64,000 nucleotides of DNA from Candidatus Micrarchaeia archaeon. Lineage in GTDB: Archaea; Micrarchaeota; Micrarchaeia; Burarchaeales; Fermentimicrarchaeaceae. Position numbers and translations under genes: made by a program. Below the pieces are notes generated by a model that was given only the letters and a program-made list of their open reading frames with translations, made no database searches and was not told the DNA's origin. Location: assembly GCA_038871515.1 (NCBI GenBank), contig JAVZHX010000001.1, positions 248,212 to 312,211 on the forward strand, in the 5' to 3' direction. Positions 37,179 through 45,665 of the stretch are shown piece by piece; positions within the stretch are counted from its first letter, which is position 1, and each line of letters begins with the position of its first letter.

Positions 37179-38089
37179 TAAGCGAACTCAAGCCATTCAT
37201 GATAACGCTCATCCTTTCCCTGCACAATCTCAAAGAACTTCTTCTGTATTTTTTCAGTTATCTTCCCTCTTCTCCCATCTCCTATTTTTCTGTCATCAAC
37301 CTCGACTATTGGAGTTACCTCCGCAGCTGTGCCTGTGAAGAAAGCCTCATCCGCAATGTACAGTTCCTCCCTCGGTATATCCCTTATTATAACCTCTATT
37401 CCCATATCCTTTGCAATTCTCATCACAGAATCCCTTGTCACCCCGATAAGTATTCCTGCGTGCACGGGAGGGGTGATGAGCTTGCCCTGCCTTACAATGA
37501 ATACGTTTTCACCAGAACCTTCCGCAACATAACCGCTTATATTCTGCATTATCGCCTCATCATACCCGCTTCTCAGCGCTTCAATTTTTGCAAGCAGAGA
37601 GTTTGCATAGTTTCCCGAACATTTTGCCTGCGGTGGAACAATCAATGGGTTTATTCTGCACCAGGAGGAAATTTTCACTCTAACTCCCTTCTCAATTTTA
37701 TCCTTGAAATAACGCCCAAAAACAACAGGTATTATTGCAACGTTAACGCTCAACCCCTCAGTTTCCAACCCAATGTGCTCGCTTCCGTAAAAAGCAATTG
37801 GGCGTATGTAACATTCCTTTATTTTATTAACTTTTATCAAATCAAGCGTTGCCTTTCTCAATTCTTCTTTTGAGTATGGAATGTTCATCATGTATGCTTT
37901 TGCGCTGTTGAAAAATCTGTTCAGGTGCTCCCTCAACCTGAAAACAGCAGACCCCTTCTCCGTATTATAACATCGTATCCCCTCAAATATCGCATTTCCG
38001 TAATGCAGAGAATGGCAGAGCAGATGAACCTTTGCATCGGCAAACATCACAAACTTCCCATTCATCCAAACTTTTGGGAAATGCTTCAT
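37175..38089 (-). CDS. ilvE: Branched-chain amino acid aminotransferase (PLP fold type IV)
   Basis: FEGIRCY, class IV aminotransferase pattern; likely start at Met 38089. Confidence 0.8.
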   Translation of the reverse strand: MKHFPKVWMNGKFVMFADAKVHLLCHSLHYGNAIFEGIRCYNTEKGSAVFRLREHLNRFFNSAKAYMMNIPYSKEELRKATLDLIKVNKIKECYIRPIAFYGSEHIGLETEGLSVNVAIIPVVFGRYFKDKIEKGVRVKISSWCRINPLIVPPQAKCSGNYANSLLAKIEALRSGYDEAIMQNISGYVAEGSGENVFIVRQGKLITPPVHAGILIGVTRDSVMRIAKDMGIEVIIRDIPREELYIADEAFFTGTAAEVTPIVEVDDRKIGDGRRGKITEKIQKKFFEIVQGKDERYHEWLEFAY

Positions 38090-38130
38090 AAAACCACCGA
38101 AATTATAAATTGGTTGAAGTTTATAACAAT

Positions 38131-38734
38131 TTGTATGGGATGGCAGGAGACTTTTGAGAAAGTTGCAAGCGAGCTTATGAAGAACCCAACGCATGACTTT
38201 GAGCATGCAAAGAGAGTATGCTCAATCTCATTAAAGCTTGCGAAGGAGGAGAATGCTGATGAGGAGGTTGTGGTTGCCGCTGCGCTGCTCCACGATGTTG
38301 GTTATTCTATTGATGAAAGGGAGCACGAGGAGAAAAGCCTTGAAATTGCAGCAACCCTTCTTGGGATGACTGACTTTCCAAAGGAGAAGAGAGAAAGGGT
38401 TATTGAATGCATAAAACACCACAGATTCAGCAAGGGAAGTGAAGCAGTCAGCTTGGAAGCAAAAATACTTCAGGATGCGGACAGGATTGATGCGATTGGC
38501 GCTGTGGGAATTGCGCGCTGTTTTCTTTGGAGCGGTGAGCACAGAAGAGTTTTGAAGGAAGCTGTGAAGCACTTCAGCGAGAAGCTGCTTAAACTGAGGG
38601 ATGAGATGAACACGGAAAGTGGAAGAAGAATGGCTGAGGAGAGACATAGATTTATGCTTGAATTCCTTCAGAAGCTTGAGGATGAGGGAGGGATTACTCC
38701 TCAAACCTCTTCCAAAGAGCCCTCTTATGGCTGA
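38131..38734 (+). CDS. HD-domain metal-dependent phosphohydrolase
   Basis: H...HD motif (AALLHDVGYS) and downstream D (DADRIDA). Confidence 0.7.
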
Positions 38735-38975
38735 GCTGCTCCTTTGCAACTGAAAGCAACTGAGTGCTTAACCTCAGCGCCTCGTCTGGAGAAAGCTTTA
38801 TCGCCTGAGCACTTGCTGAATTCATTATCCTCAGCGTAATCACCCCATCTCTTGGAAAACCATTCACCAGCTGAGGTTCCTCGCTCTCCACTCTAAGAGC
38901 ATTTCTGTGGCTCTCCCCTTTCTCATCCTTCCACCAATGCACAATTTCCTCTTCTATAGGCATATCGGTCGCCAA
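38694..38975 (-). CDS. Hypothetical protein (93 aa)
   Basis: ORF only. Confidence 0.25.
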   Translation of the reverse strand: MATDMPIEEEIVHWWKDEKGESHRNALRVESEEPQLVNGFPRDGVITLRIMNSASAQAIKLSPDEALRLSTQLLSVAKEQLSHKRALWKRFEE

Positions 38976-39040
38976 CTACCAAGTGGTTTGTGTTATTTAT
39001 AAAGCTTGGGAGGGGGTAACTTTCCAGTGAAGTATATAAA

Positions 39041-39478
39041 TTGTGGATGAGCAATTCTATGGGTGTTTTTATGAGGATACTCAGACCAGAAAGATCTGTG
39101 TTTTTCAACCCAGAAATGCAGGCTGCTTTGGAAAGGGAGAGAAATAGAAGGGCTGTGGAAATGCTGACAAGCAACAAAAGTGAGGAGCGCATGGAGGCTG
39201 CGGAGAGACTGCTTAAAGTTGTTAAAGACAGCTCAGTGAGAAAGGAGCTTGAGCTTGTGCGTGACATTGCAAAGGAGAGCAGAATAATTGAAAAAATAGA
39301 GAAAGAGGAGGGGAAGATTGATGCAATGCCAAAGGAGAAAGCTGCAAAATACGCTTCATACATAAAAGATTATACAGAGAGAAAGGAGGAAGCAGCAGAG
39401 AATATTGCAAGGTTTATATCTGAAAGAAAGATGAGCGATGTGGAGCTGCAGGAGAATTTGAAAAAAGTGCTAGCCTGA
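39041..39478 (+). CDS. Hypothetical coiled-coil protein (145 aa)
   Basis: Charged, heptad-like E/K/R-rich sequence. Confidence 0.3.
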   Translation: MWMSNSMGVFMRILRPERSVFFNPEMQAALERERNRRAVEMLTSNKSEERMEAAERLLKVVKDSSVRKELELVRDIAKESRIIEKIEKEEGKIDAMPKEKAAKYASYIKDYTERKEEAAENIARFISERKMSDVELQENLKKVLA

Positions 39479-40195
39479 TTTATAATAATCGCAGAGTTTA
39501 TTCAGCACACATAAGTTACATTCTGGATTCCTTGCTCTGCATATCTTTCTTCCGTGAAGTATGAAGTTTATGTGAAGGGTTTTCTTCTCATCAGAAGGGA
39601 TAAGTTCATTCATAATTTTATGGGCTTTCTCAGAGCTTGCTTCTTCTGGTATCAACCCCAACCTCTTGGCAATTCGCATATTATGTGTGTCCAGAGGCAT
39701 TGTTGGCTTGTTGAAGCAGAAAAGCAGAAGCACGCTTGCGGTTTTTGGCCCAATTCCGTCAATTGAGCGAAGGAATTCAAATGCATCATCAGCAGACATT
39801 TTACTTAGAAAATCCAGGCTCAGCTTCCCTCTTCTCCTCCTTATCTCGCTAAGCGCCTTTTTTATTCTACGCGCTTTTATTTTTGACAAACCACCTGGGC
39901 GAATTGCTTTCTGAATTTTTCCTAAATCTGCATCAAGAACAAGCTCCCATTTTGGAAACTTCCGTTTGAGACTGAAAAAAGCAGCTTGGGAGTTCCTGTC
40001 GCTTGTATTCTGAGATAAAATTGTTCCAACTAAAACGTCAAGGGGGTTGCTCCTTTCGTCTATGGAGTGAACCCCGTACTCCCGCTTCAAAATTTCTATA
40101 ACTTCTTTCAGCTTTTTCACGCATTTATTTAAAGCACGAAATAATAAATGACTACATGAAAGGAATTTGTTCAATTTGTGGAAGGGAAACCGCAA
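39470..40195 (-). CDS. nth: Endonuclease III (HhH-GPD DNA glycosylase with [4Fe-4S] cluster loop)
   Basis: LVGTILSQNTSD HhH-GPD region and C-terminal CxxxxxxCxxCxxxxxC (CRARNPECNLCVLNKLC). Confidence 0.8.
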   Translation of the reverse strand: MRFPFHKLNKFLSCSHLLFRALNKCVKKLKEVIEILKREYGVHSIDERSNPLDVLVGTILSQNTSDRNSQAAFFSLKRKFPKWELVLDADLGKIQKAIRPGGLSKIKARRIKKALSEIRRRRGKLSLDFLSKMSADDAFEFLRSIDGIGPKTASVLLLFCFNKPTMPLDTHNMRIAKRLGLIPEEASSEKAHKIMNELIPSDEKKTLHINFILHGRKICRARNPECNLCVLNKLCDYYKSG

Positions 40196-40295
40196 GCTTT
40201 ACGTGCAGTTTATGTGGTGCGCTTGTTGGGGTGAACTGCTACGACCCTGTGGGAAAGGTTTGCATACGCTGCAAGGCAGGAAGGATGATTAGATG
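40157..40295 (+). CDS. Small Zn-ribbon protein (45 aa; CSICGRE...CSLCGA...CIRCK)
   Basis: Cys pairs; overlaps start of the downstream primase-polymerase-like gene; not in ORF track. Confidence 0.35.
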
Positions 40296-41198
40296 AGCTT
40301 AGCTGAGCTTGCGAAGAATAAAGATGTAGTGAAACCATTTGGAGAAGTTGACGTTCTGCTTTACTATGGAATTGTGGGAAGCAAGCTTGTTGGTTTTTTG
40401 AAGGGAAAGGAGCTTGCAGCGAAAAACTGGTTCCCTCCAAAAGGTGGTTTGCCAACAGTTCTTAAAAGAGGTTCAAAGGAGGAGCCGCTTTACATAGATG
40501 AATTTGTTGATGCGATAACACCTGGGTTTCTCTCATTGAGAGGGAAGCACCTTGAGGAAGTTAGAGATAAACTCGCTCCTTCCCAGCAGAAAGTGTGGCG
40601 CTACTTTGTCCCAAGGAAGCTCTCTGATTTGTTTTATGCGACAAACAATGAGGGGGAAGGTAAATCTATCGACAGAATTTTCTTTGATTTGGATAGGGGG
40701 GAGGGAGTTACTTCTGAATATGCACAGCAGGTAGCAAGGGAGTTCCTTGCTGTTATGGAGGATGATTTGAGGGAGTTGAACTGCGAAAAAAGATTTGTGA
40801 TGTGGACTGGGAGCTCCTTTCATGTTTATCTATTTCTCAAGAAGAGAATGCCTCCCTCCTTTTACGAGGAAAACTTTCAGGTCAGCACAAAAGGTGGACT
40901 TCAAACAGCAGCGCAGAAGTGGGTTGATGAGTTGAAGAAAAAAGGGTTGAAGGTGAGCGGGAGCCATGAAAAAATTGCGGGAGTTGTTGCAATAGACCCA
41001 TCTCAAACTCCCTCAGGGAAATTGGCAAGAGCTCCCTTCTCGCTGCACATGCAGGATTATAAAACAATCAATGGGGTTGCAATTCCGCTTGATTTGAACA
41101 TGCTTGATGATAAGAAATTGGTAGAGGAGCTGAAGCAGTATACGCCAAACAGAGTCGTTGAGGAGCTGAACTCTCTTTCAAAAAGACTGCCATTGTGA
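40293..41198 (+). CDS. Archaeo-eukaryotic primase (AEP) superfamily protein resembling the LigD polymerase/primase domain (NHEJ PolDom-like)
   Basis: Motif I FFDLDRGE, motif II WTGSSFHVYLFL, motif III region VAIDPSQTPSGKLARAPFSLH (compare LigD aPYSlR). Confidence 0.6.
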   Translation: MSLAELAKNKDVVKPFGEVDVLLYYGIVGSKLVGFLKGKELAAKNWFPPKGGLPTVLKRGSKEEPLYIDEFVDAITPGFLSLRGKHLEEVRDKLAPSQQKVWRYFVPRKLSDLFYATNNEGEGKSIDRIFFDLDRGEGVTSEYAQQVAREFLAVMEDDLRELNCEKRFVMWTGSSFHVYLFLKKRMPPSFYEENFQVSTKGGLQTAAQKWVDELKKKGLKVSGSHEKIAGVVAIDPSQTPSGKLARAPFSLHMQDYKTINGVAIPLDLNMLDDKKLVEELKQYTPNRVVEELNSLSKRLPL

Positions 41199-41202
41199 TT
41201 TT

Positions 41203-41634
41203 ATGAAGTTTGAAAAACTAGTTAGGGGAAGGGTTGTTTTCATTGGAGTTGGAAACGAGCTGAGGGGTGATGATGGAGTTGGTGTTTACATTGCAAGAAA
41301 ACTGAGAAAGAAGAATGTAATTAATGCGGGAGTTGCACCTGAGAATTTTATTGGAAAAATAAAGAGGATGCAACCTGAAAGAATAGTAATTTTTGATGCG
41401 CTTGATTTTGGAGGGAAACCTGGAGAAGTGAGGGTGGTTGATGCAAGGAAAACTGAGGGAATAAAAATTTCAACTCACTCCCTACCCCTTTCATTTTTCT
41501 GCAAGCTTTTTGATGGAGTTGAAGTTTATTTGGTTGGGATACAGCCAAAAGAAAGGGAGTTTGGTGCTTCACTCAGCAAGGAAGTTGTGAGAAGCGCAGA
41601 CAGGTTAATTGCTGAGCTAGCGGTGTCTTCTTAG
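41203..41634 (+). CDS. [NiFe]-hydrogenase maturation endopeptidase (HycI/HybD family)
   Basis: GVGNELRGDDGVGVYIA signature and downstream STHSLPL. Confidence 0.85.
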   Translation: MKFEKLVRGRVVFIGVGNELRGDDGVGVYIARKLRKKNVINAGVAPENFIGKIKRMQPERIVIFDALDFGGKPGEVRVVDARKTEGIKISTHSLPLSFFCKLFDGVEVYLVGIQPKEREFGASLSKEVVRSADRLIAELAVSS

Positions 41635-42882
41635 GAGAGCTTCGTCTACGTAGTAGAGCGCTACGCCTGCTAACAGAGCAACTGCAGTAATCAACCACGT
41701 TTCCAGAAGAAGATAATATGCAAGCGCTGCAAAAGTTATAATACCAAGCAAAGGTGGTATTGGGTAAAATGGAATTTTGAATGGTGGTTTCACTCTCCTG
41801 TTCACCACAATTGCAGCATAGTTCACAAGTATATGGCTCAGTATCATAAGCACAGTTGCAAGGGAAGCAATTTCCTTTAAATCGCCAATAAAGGCAAGAA
41901 AAGCCATTGGTATTCCTGTGAGAAGTATTGAAACATACGGGGTGCCAAAAGTTGGGTGTATGTGGCTGATGAACCTTGCAGTTTGGTGGTTCCTTGACAT
42001 TGAGAAAATTATTCTTGAAACTGATAGGATAAGGGTGTGGAGAACTGTGGCAGTTGCGAAGATTGCTGCAAGCGAAACTAACCACGCAGCCATCTCATTT
42101 CCAGTCGCCTCCATCACATCCGCAAGCGGAGAGCCTGATTTTGCAAGCACATTGTAATCAACAACTCCAACTGCTGTGAAGCTAACGAGCAGATACAACA
42201 AAGCGGATATTGCTAGGGAGAGCAGTATTGCAAGAGGAAGGGTTCTCTGTGGGTTAATGATTTCCTCTGAGATTGTTGTGACATTGCAGTAGCCAAGGTA
42301 GGCGAACATCATAAGCGCAGCTCCACCTATCAAACCATTCAAACCATTTGGAAGCACATTCTGAAAATTCGCTGGTTTTATATGAGGTGCACCAAGCAAC
42401 ACAAAAAGAAGCAGCATGAGAATTTTAAGAATTACAAGCGCATCATTCACAATCTTTGACTGCTTTGCTCCCACAAGGTTAACCAAAGTGAAAAGAATGC
42501 ATGCTCCAACAGCAAGCAGGTTTGCTGGGAAAACCATAAGCACTGCAAGGTAATCCGCCAAACCAAGGCTGACTGCCGCACCTCCTACAATGCTGCCGAG
42601 TATGAGCATCCATCCTGTCAAAAAACCCCAGAAAGGAGAAACAACTTTAAAAACATACTCATACCCTCCCCCTTCTTTTGGTATAACTGAGGAAAGCTCC
42701 GCAAAGCTCAGAGCAGTGAAAAGAGAAACAACTCCCGCAAGAATCACTGAATAAATAACACCTGGGCCAGCCATCCCTGCAGCTATCCCAACAACTACAA
42801 AGATACCTGCTCCGATTATTGCTCCTAAACCTATAGAGATAGCGTCAAATAGGTTAAGTGCTCTTTTCAACCTGGTTGCCAT
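41617..42882 (-). CDS. Amino acid permease (APC superfamily transporter)
   Basis: 12-TM pattern with N-terminal FDAISIGLGAIIGAGIF motif. Confidence 0.85.
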   Translation of the reverse strand: MATRLKRALNLFDAISIGLGAIIGAGIFVVVGIAAGMAGPGVIYSVILAGVVSLFTALSFAELSSVIPKEGGGYEYVFKVVSPFWGFLTGWMLILGSIVGGAAVSLGLADYLAVLMVFPANLLAVGACILFTLVNLVGAKQSKIVNDALVILKILMLLLFVLLGAPHIKPANFQNVLPNGLNGLIGGAALMMFAYLGYCNVTTISEEIINPQRTLPLAILLSLAISALLYLLVSFTAVGVVDYNVLAKSGSPLADVMEATGNEMAAWLVSLAAIFATATVLHTLILSVSRIIFSMSRNHQTARFISHIHPTFGTPYVSILLTGIPMAFLAFIGDLKEIASLATVLMILSHILVNYAAIVVNRRVKPPFKIPFYPIPPLLGIITFAALAYYLLLETWLITAVALLAGVALYYVDEALLRRHR

Positions 42883-42970
42883 ATTGTTTGGTATTGCTCA
42901 CGCCTATATAAAATAGTTGGTTTGAATTTTTTTAGCAAGGAATTTAAAGAAAGCAAACCATAATTTTAGC

Positions 42971-43840
42971 ATGACGTACAGAATAGCAAAACCAGGTGAA
43001 ATAATTGTTGAAGCGCAGGAGAGGTATCCTGGCTCTTTTTACGATAAAGTTTCAAGCAGCAAGTACATGGATGAGTTCTATAAGAAAGCAGTTGAAGCAT
43101 CTGGTGTTGTGAAGCTGATTGAGAGCAGAGAGGATACGGTAAGGGTTGTTGATGTGGCCGGTGGAAGAGGCAGAGTTGGGGAGATGATAAGGAAGATGAC
43201 GGATAAGAATTTTGAATACATTGTAGTTGACATAAGCAGAAAGGAGATGGGAGATGATAAGGATAAAGTGAAAATTGTTGGCGACATGGCGCACATTCCC
43301 CTGAAGAATTCAAGTGCAGATGTTGTATTTTTCCTCAACATGCCAGTTCCAATTTCACTTATTAAAAGAAAGGCTGAGACGATGACTCCTGGAAGCTTGG
43401 TTGAGGTTGAGGAACTTTGGAGCATAAAAATGTATCTTGGCAATTCAATAGATGCAGCTTTCAGAAGCAATATGCTTGAGGGGCTTAGGGTGCTCAAGCC
43501 AGATGGAGTTCTTGTAACCGGTGCGAAGCATGTTGGGCAGTCCAAAGAAGTGGCAGAAGAGGCGTTTAGGGAGTTTCCGCTTAGGGTTGAGAAACAGGAG
43601 GTTGTTGAGCTTGACAGCAAAGTTATACCGCTGTGGAGAAAGTACGGTTTGGGGTTGGAGGATCCAAAGTTTGTTATCACGACTTACAGGAGAGTTGAAG
43701 GGAATGTTGAGAGCCTTATTGAGCATGAAAAAGAGAGATTGGAAAGGAATTTGGGAAAAGCGATGGAGATGGAGACTTTTTGGAAAGTTATGGAGGAGTT
43801 CAGGAAGGAGAAGTGGGTGCCGGAGGAATTTTCTGAATGA
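42971..43840 (+). CDS. Class I SAM-dependent methyltransferase-like protein, uncharacterised family (paralog A of tandem triplet)
   Basis: VVDVAGGRGRVG (motif I-like), acidic VVDISRKE, DVVFFLNMP; conserved C-terminal VIPLWRKYG. Confidence 0.55.
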   Translation: MTYRIAKPGEIIVEAQERYPGSFYDKVSSSKYMDEFYKKAVEASGVVKLIESREDTVRVVDVAGGRGRVGEMIRKMTDKNFEYIVVDISRKEMGDDKDKVKIVGDMAHIPLKNSSADVVFFLNMPVPISLIKRKAETMTPGSLVEVEELWSIKMYLGNSIDAAFRSNMLEGLRVLKPDGVLVTGAKHVGQSKEVAEEAFREFPLRVEKQEVVELDSKVIPLWRKYGLGLEDPKFVITTYRRVEGNVESLIEHEKERLERNLGKAMEMETFWKVMEEFRKEKWVPEEFSE

Positions 43841-43873
43841 AGCAATTAAATATGTTGGATGCGTAATTAAAGT

Positions 43874-44722
43874 ATGATTCATAAGATATCTAAACCGGAA
43901 GACATCCTTCTTGAAGCTCAGAAGCTCTACCCAACAAAGTTTCACGAAGTTTCCGAGAGCACTTACATGGATGAGGTTTACAGAAAAGCCGCTGCTCTTT
44001 CTGGAATTAAGGAGTATGTTGGAAAAACAAAGAGGGAAGTGAACGTTGCTGATATTGCTGGCGGGAGCGGAAGGCAGGGACATATAATCAGAAGCATGCT
44101 GAAAGATGAAGCGCGGAGAGTGACGATACATAATATAGATATAAGCAAGGAGGAGCTGAGCAAAAGAAAAGTGGATGAGAGAATTGTTGGCGAGATTATG
44201 CATCTCCCATTTGTGGATAGAAGTATGGATTTTGTTTTTATGAATAACATACCAATTCCAATTTCGCATGTGAGGAATTACGTTGCTTTTATGAAGGATG
44301 AGAGCGGAAGAAAAGGCATGATGCTGGAGATGCTTGAGCTTGCTGTTGACTCTGTTTATAAATTGAACACGCTTGAAGGTGCTAGGGTGCTTAAGGATAA
44401 TGGAGTTATGGTTGTCAGTGGTAAGTACACTGGACAGAGCAGCGAAAGCATTCAGAAAGGACTTGGCGAGCTTCCCCTAAAAGTTGAGAAATTTGAGGTT
44501 GTGGAGCTTGAGGAAGGAGTAATTCCTCTTTGGAGGAAGTATGGTATAGAGATAGAGAAGCCAACTTTTATGGTTGCCTCCTTTAGAAAAACATCTTCGG
44601 ATTTAAAGGAGCATTTTGAGCTGTATGAGCAGATGCTTTACACAAGCTTGGAGCAGTTGATGAGAATTGAGGGGTTTGAGGATGTTTTGAAAGAGATGCA
44701 CAGAAAAAATTTGAAATGGTAA
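43874..44722 (+). CDS. Class I SAM-dependent methyltransferase-like protein (paralog B)
   Basis: VADIAGGSGRQG, IHNIDISKEE, DFVFMNNIP, VIPLWRKYG. Confidence 0.55.
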   Translation: MIHKISKPEDILLEAQKLYPTKFHEVSESTYMDEVYRKAAALSGIKEYVGKTKREVNVADIAGGSGRQGHIIRSMLKDEARRVTIHNIDISKEELSKRKVDERIVGEIMHLPFVDRSMDFVFMNNIPIPISHVRNYVAFMKDESGRKGMMLEMLELAVDSVYKLNTLEGARVLKDNGVMVVSGKYTGQSSESIQKGLGELPLKVEKFEVVELEEGVIPLWRKYGIEIEKPTFMVASFRKTSSDLKEHFELYEQMLYTSLEQLMRIEGFEDVLKEMHRKNLKW

Positions 44723-44753
44723 AGTAATAAATCCGAAACTTCATAATTTATGC

Positions 44754-45664
44754 ATGGTGGAGAAGTTTGCAGAAGAAGAGAATCTTTTAAGAAAAGTGCA
44801 AATTCTCTATCCCGACTCCTTTTACGATAAAGTTTCAAGCAGCAAATTGATGGGCAAGTTCTATGAAAAAGCAATTGAGCTTTCGGGAGTTGTTGGGCTT
44901 ATTGAAAAGAGCACGCCAGGAAAAGTGAGCGTGGTTGACATATGTGGGGCAGAGGGATTGTTGGCGATAGAATAAAAAGTATGACGAATAAGGAGTTCAA
45001 CTATATAGTTGTTGATATAAGCAGAAGGGAGCTTGGAAGCGAGCAGTGGAAGAATAGAGTGATGGGAGATATGCTGCACATTCCTCTTAAAAATGAAACT
45101 GCGGATGTTGTGTTCTGTCTCAATATGCCGGTTCCACTTGCGCAGGTGAAGGAGCATGCAAAAGTGACGAAAGCAGATAATTTGAGTGAGGAGTGGGATA
45201 GGGAGAAAGTGATGAATATTTTGAATGACGCAGTGGATAACATATGTGAGCTGAACCTTCTTAACGCAGCAAGAATTCTCAAAAACAACGGTGTGCTTGT
45301 GCTCGGAAACTCATTTGCTGGGCAGACTGAGGAGGATGCAAGAAGACAGGTGAAAGAAATTCCAATGAAGCTTGAAAGATATGCGAGAGTGAAGCTGAGC
45401 AACCGAGTTATACCACTTTGGAAGGAATATGGAAGTGAGGTGAGTTCACCTGTTTTTGTGCTTGTGTGTTTCAGAAAAGTTGAAGGGAGTGTTGAGGAGA
45501 GCATTAAATTCAGGGAAGCTGCGCTCAGAGATGATTTTCAAGAGCTTGAGAGAAGCGAATTCTTCAAAAAAATTATAAAAGAAATGGAGAGGGGAGCTTC
45601 GGCGAAGAAAGGGGAAACGTTTGCAATTGATAAGAGTTTGTTTGAAAGTATAAAATGGGAGTAG
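44754..45664 (+). pseudogene. Paralog C of the methyltransferase-like triplet, reading frame broken by a 1-nt loss in a G-run at about 44949-44955 (pseudogene or homopolymer sequencing error)
   Basis: Frame 1 gives ...VVDICGAEGLLAIE*, while +2 frame continues GRGIVGDRIKSMT... matching paralog A GGRGRVGEMIRKMT. Confidence 0.5.
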
Positions 45665-45665
45665 T

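Noticed and set aside
43052-45504. Long minus-strand ORFs (43078-43680, 43445-44269, 45001-45504) opposite the methyltransferase-like genes
   Set aside because: Antisense to well-supported plus-strand paralogous genes; Ser/Leu-rich composition typical of antisense artefacts
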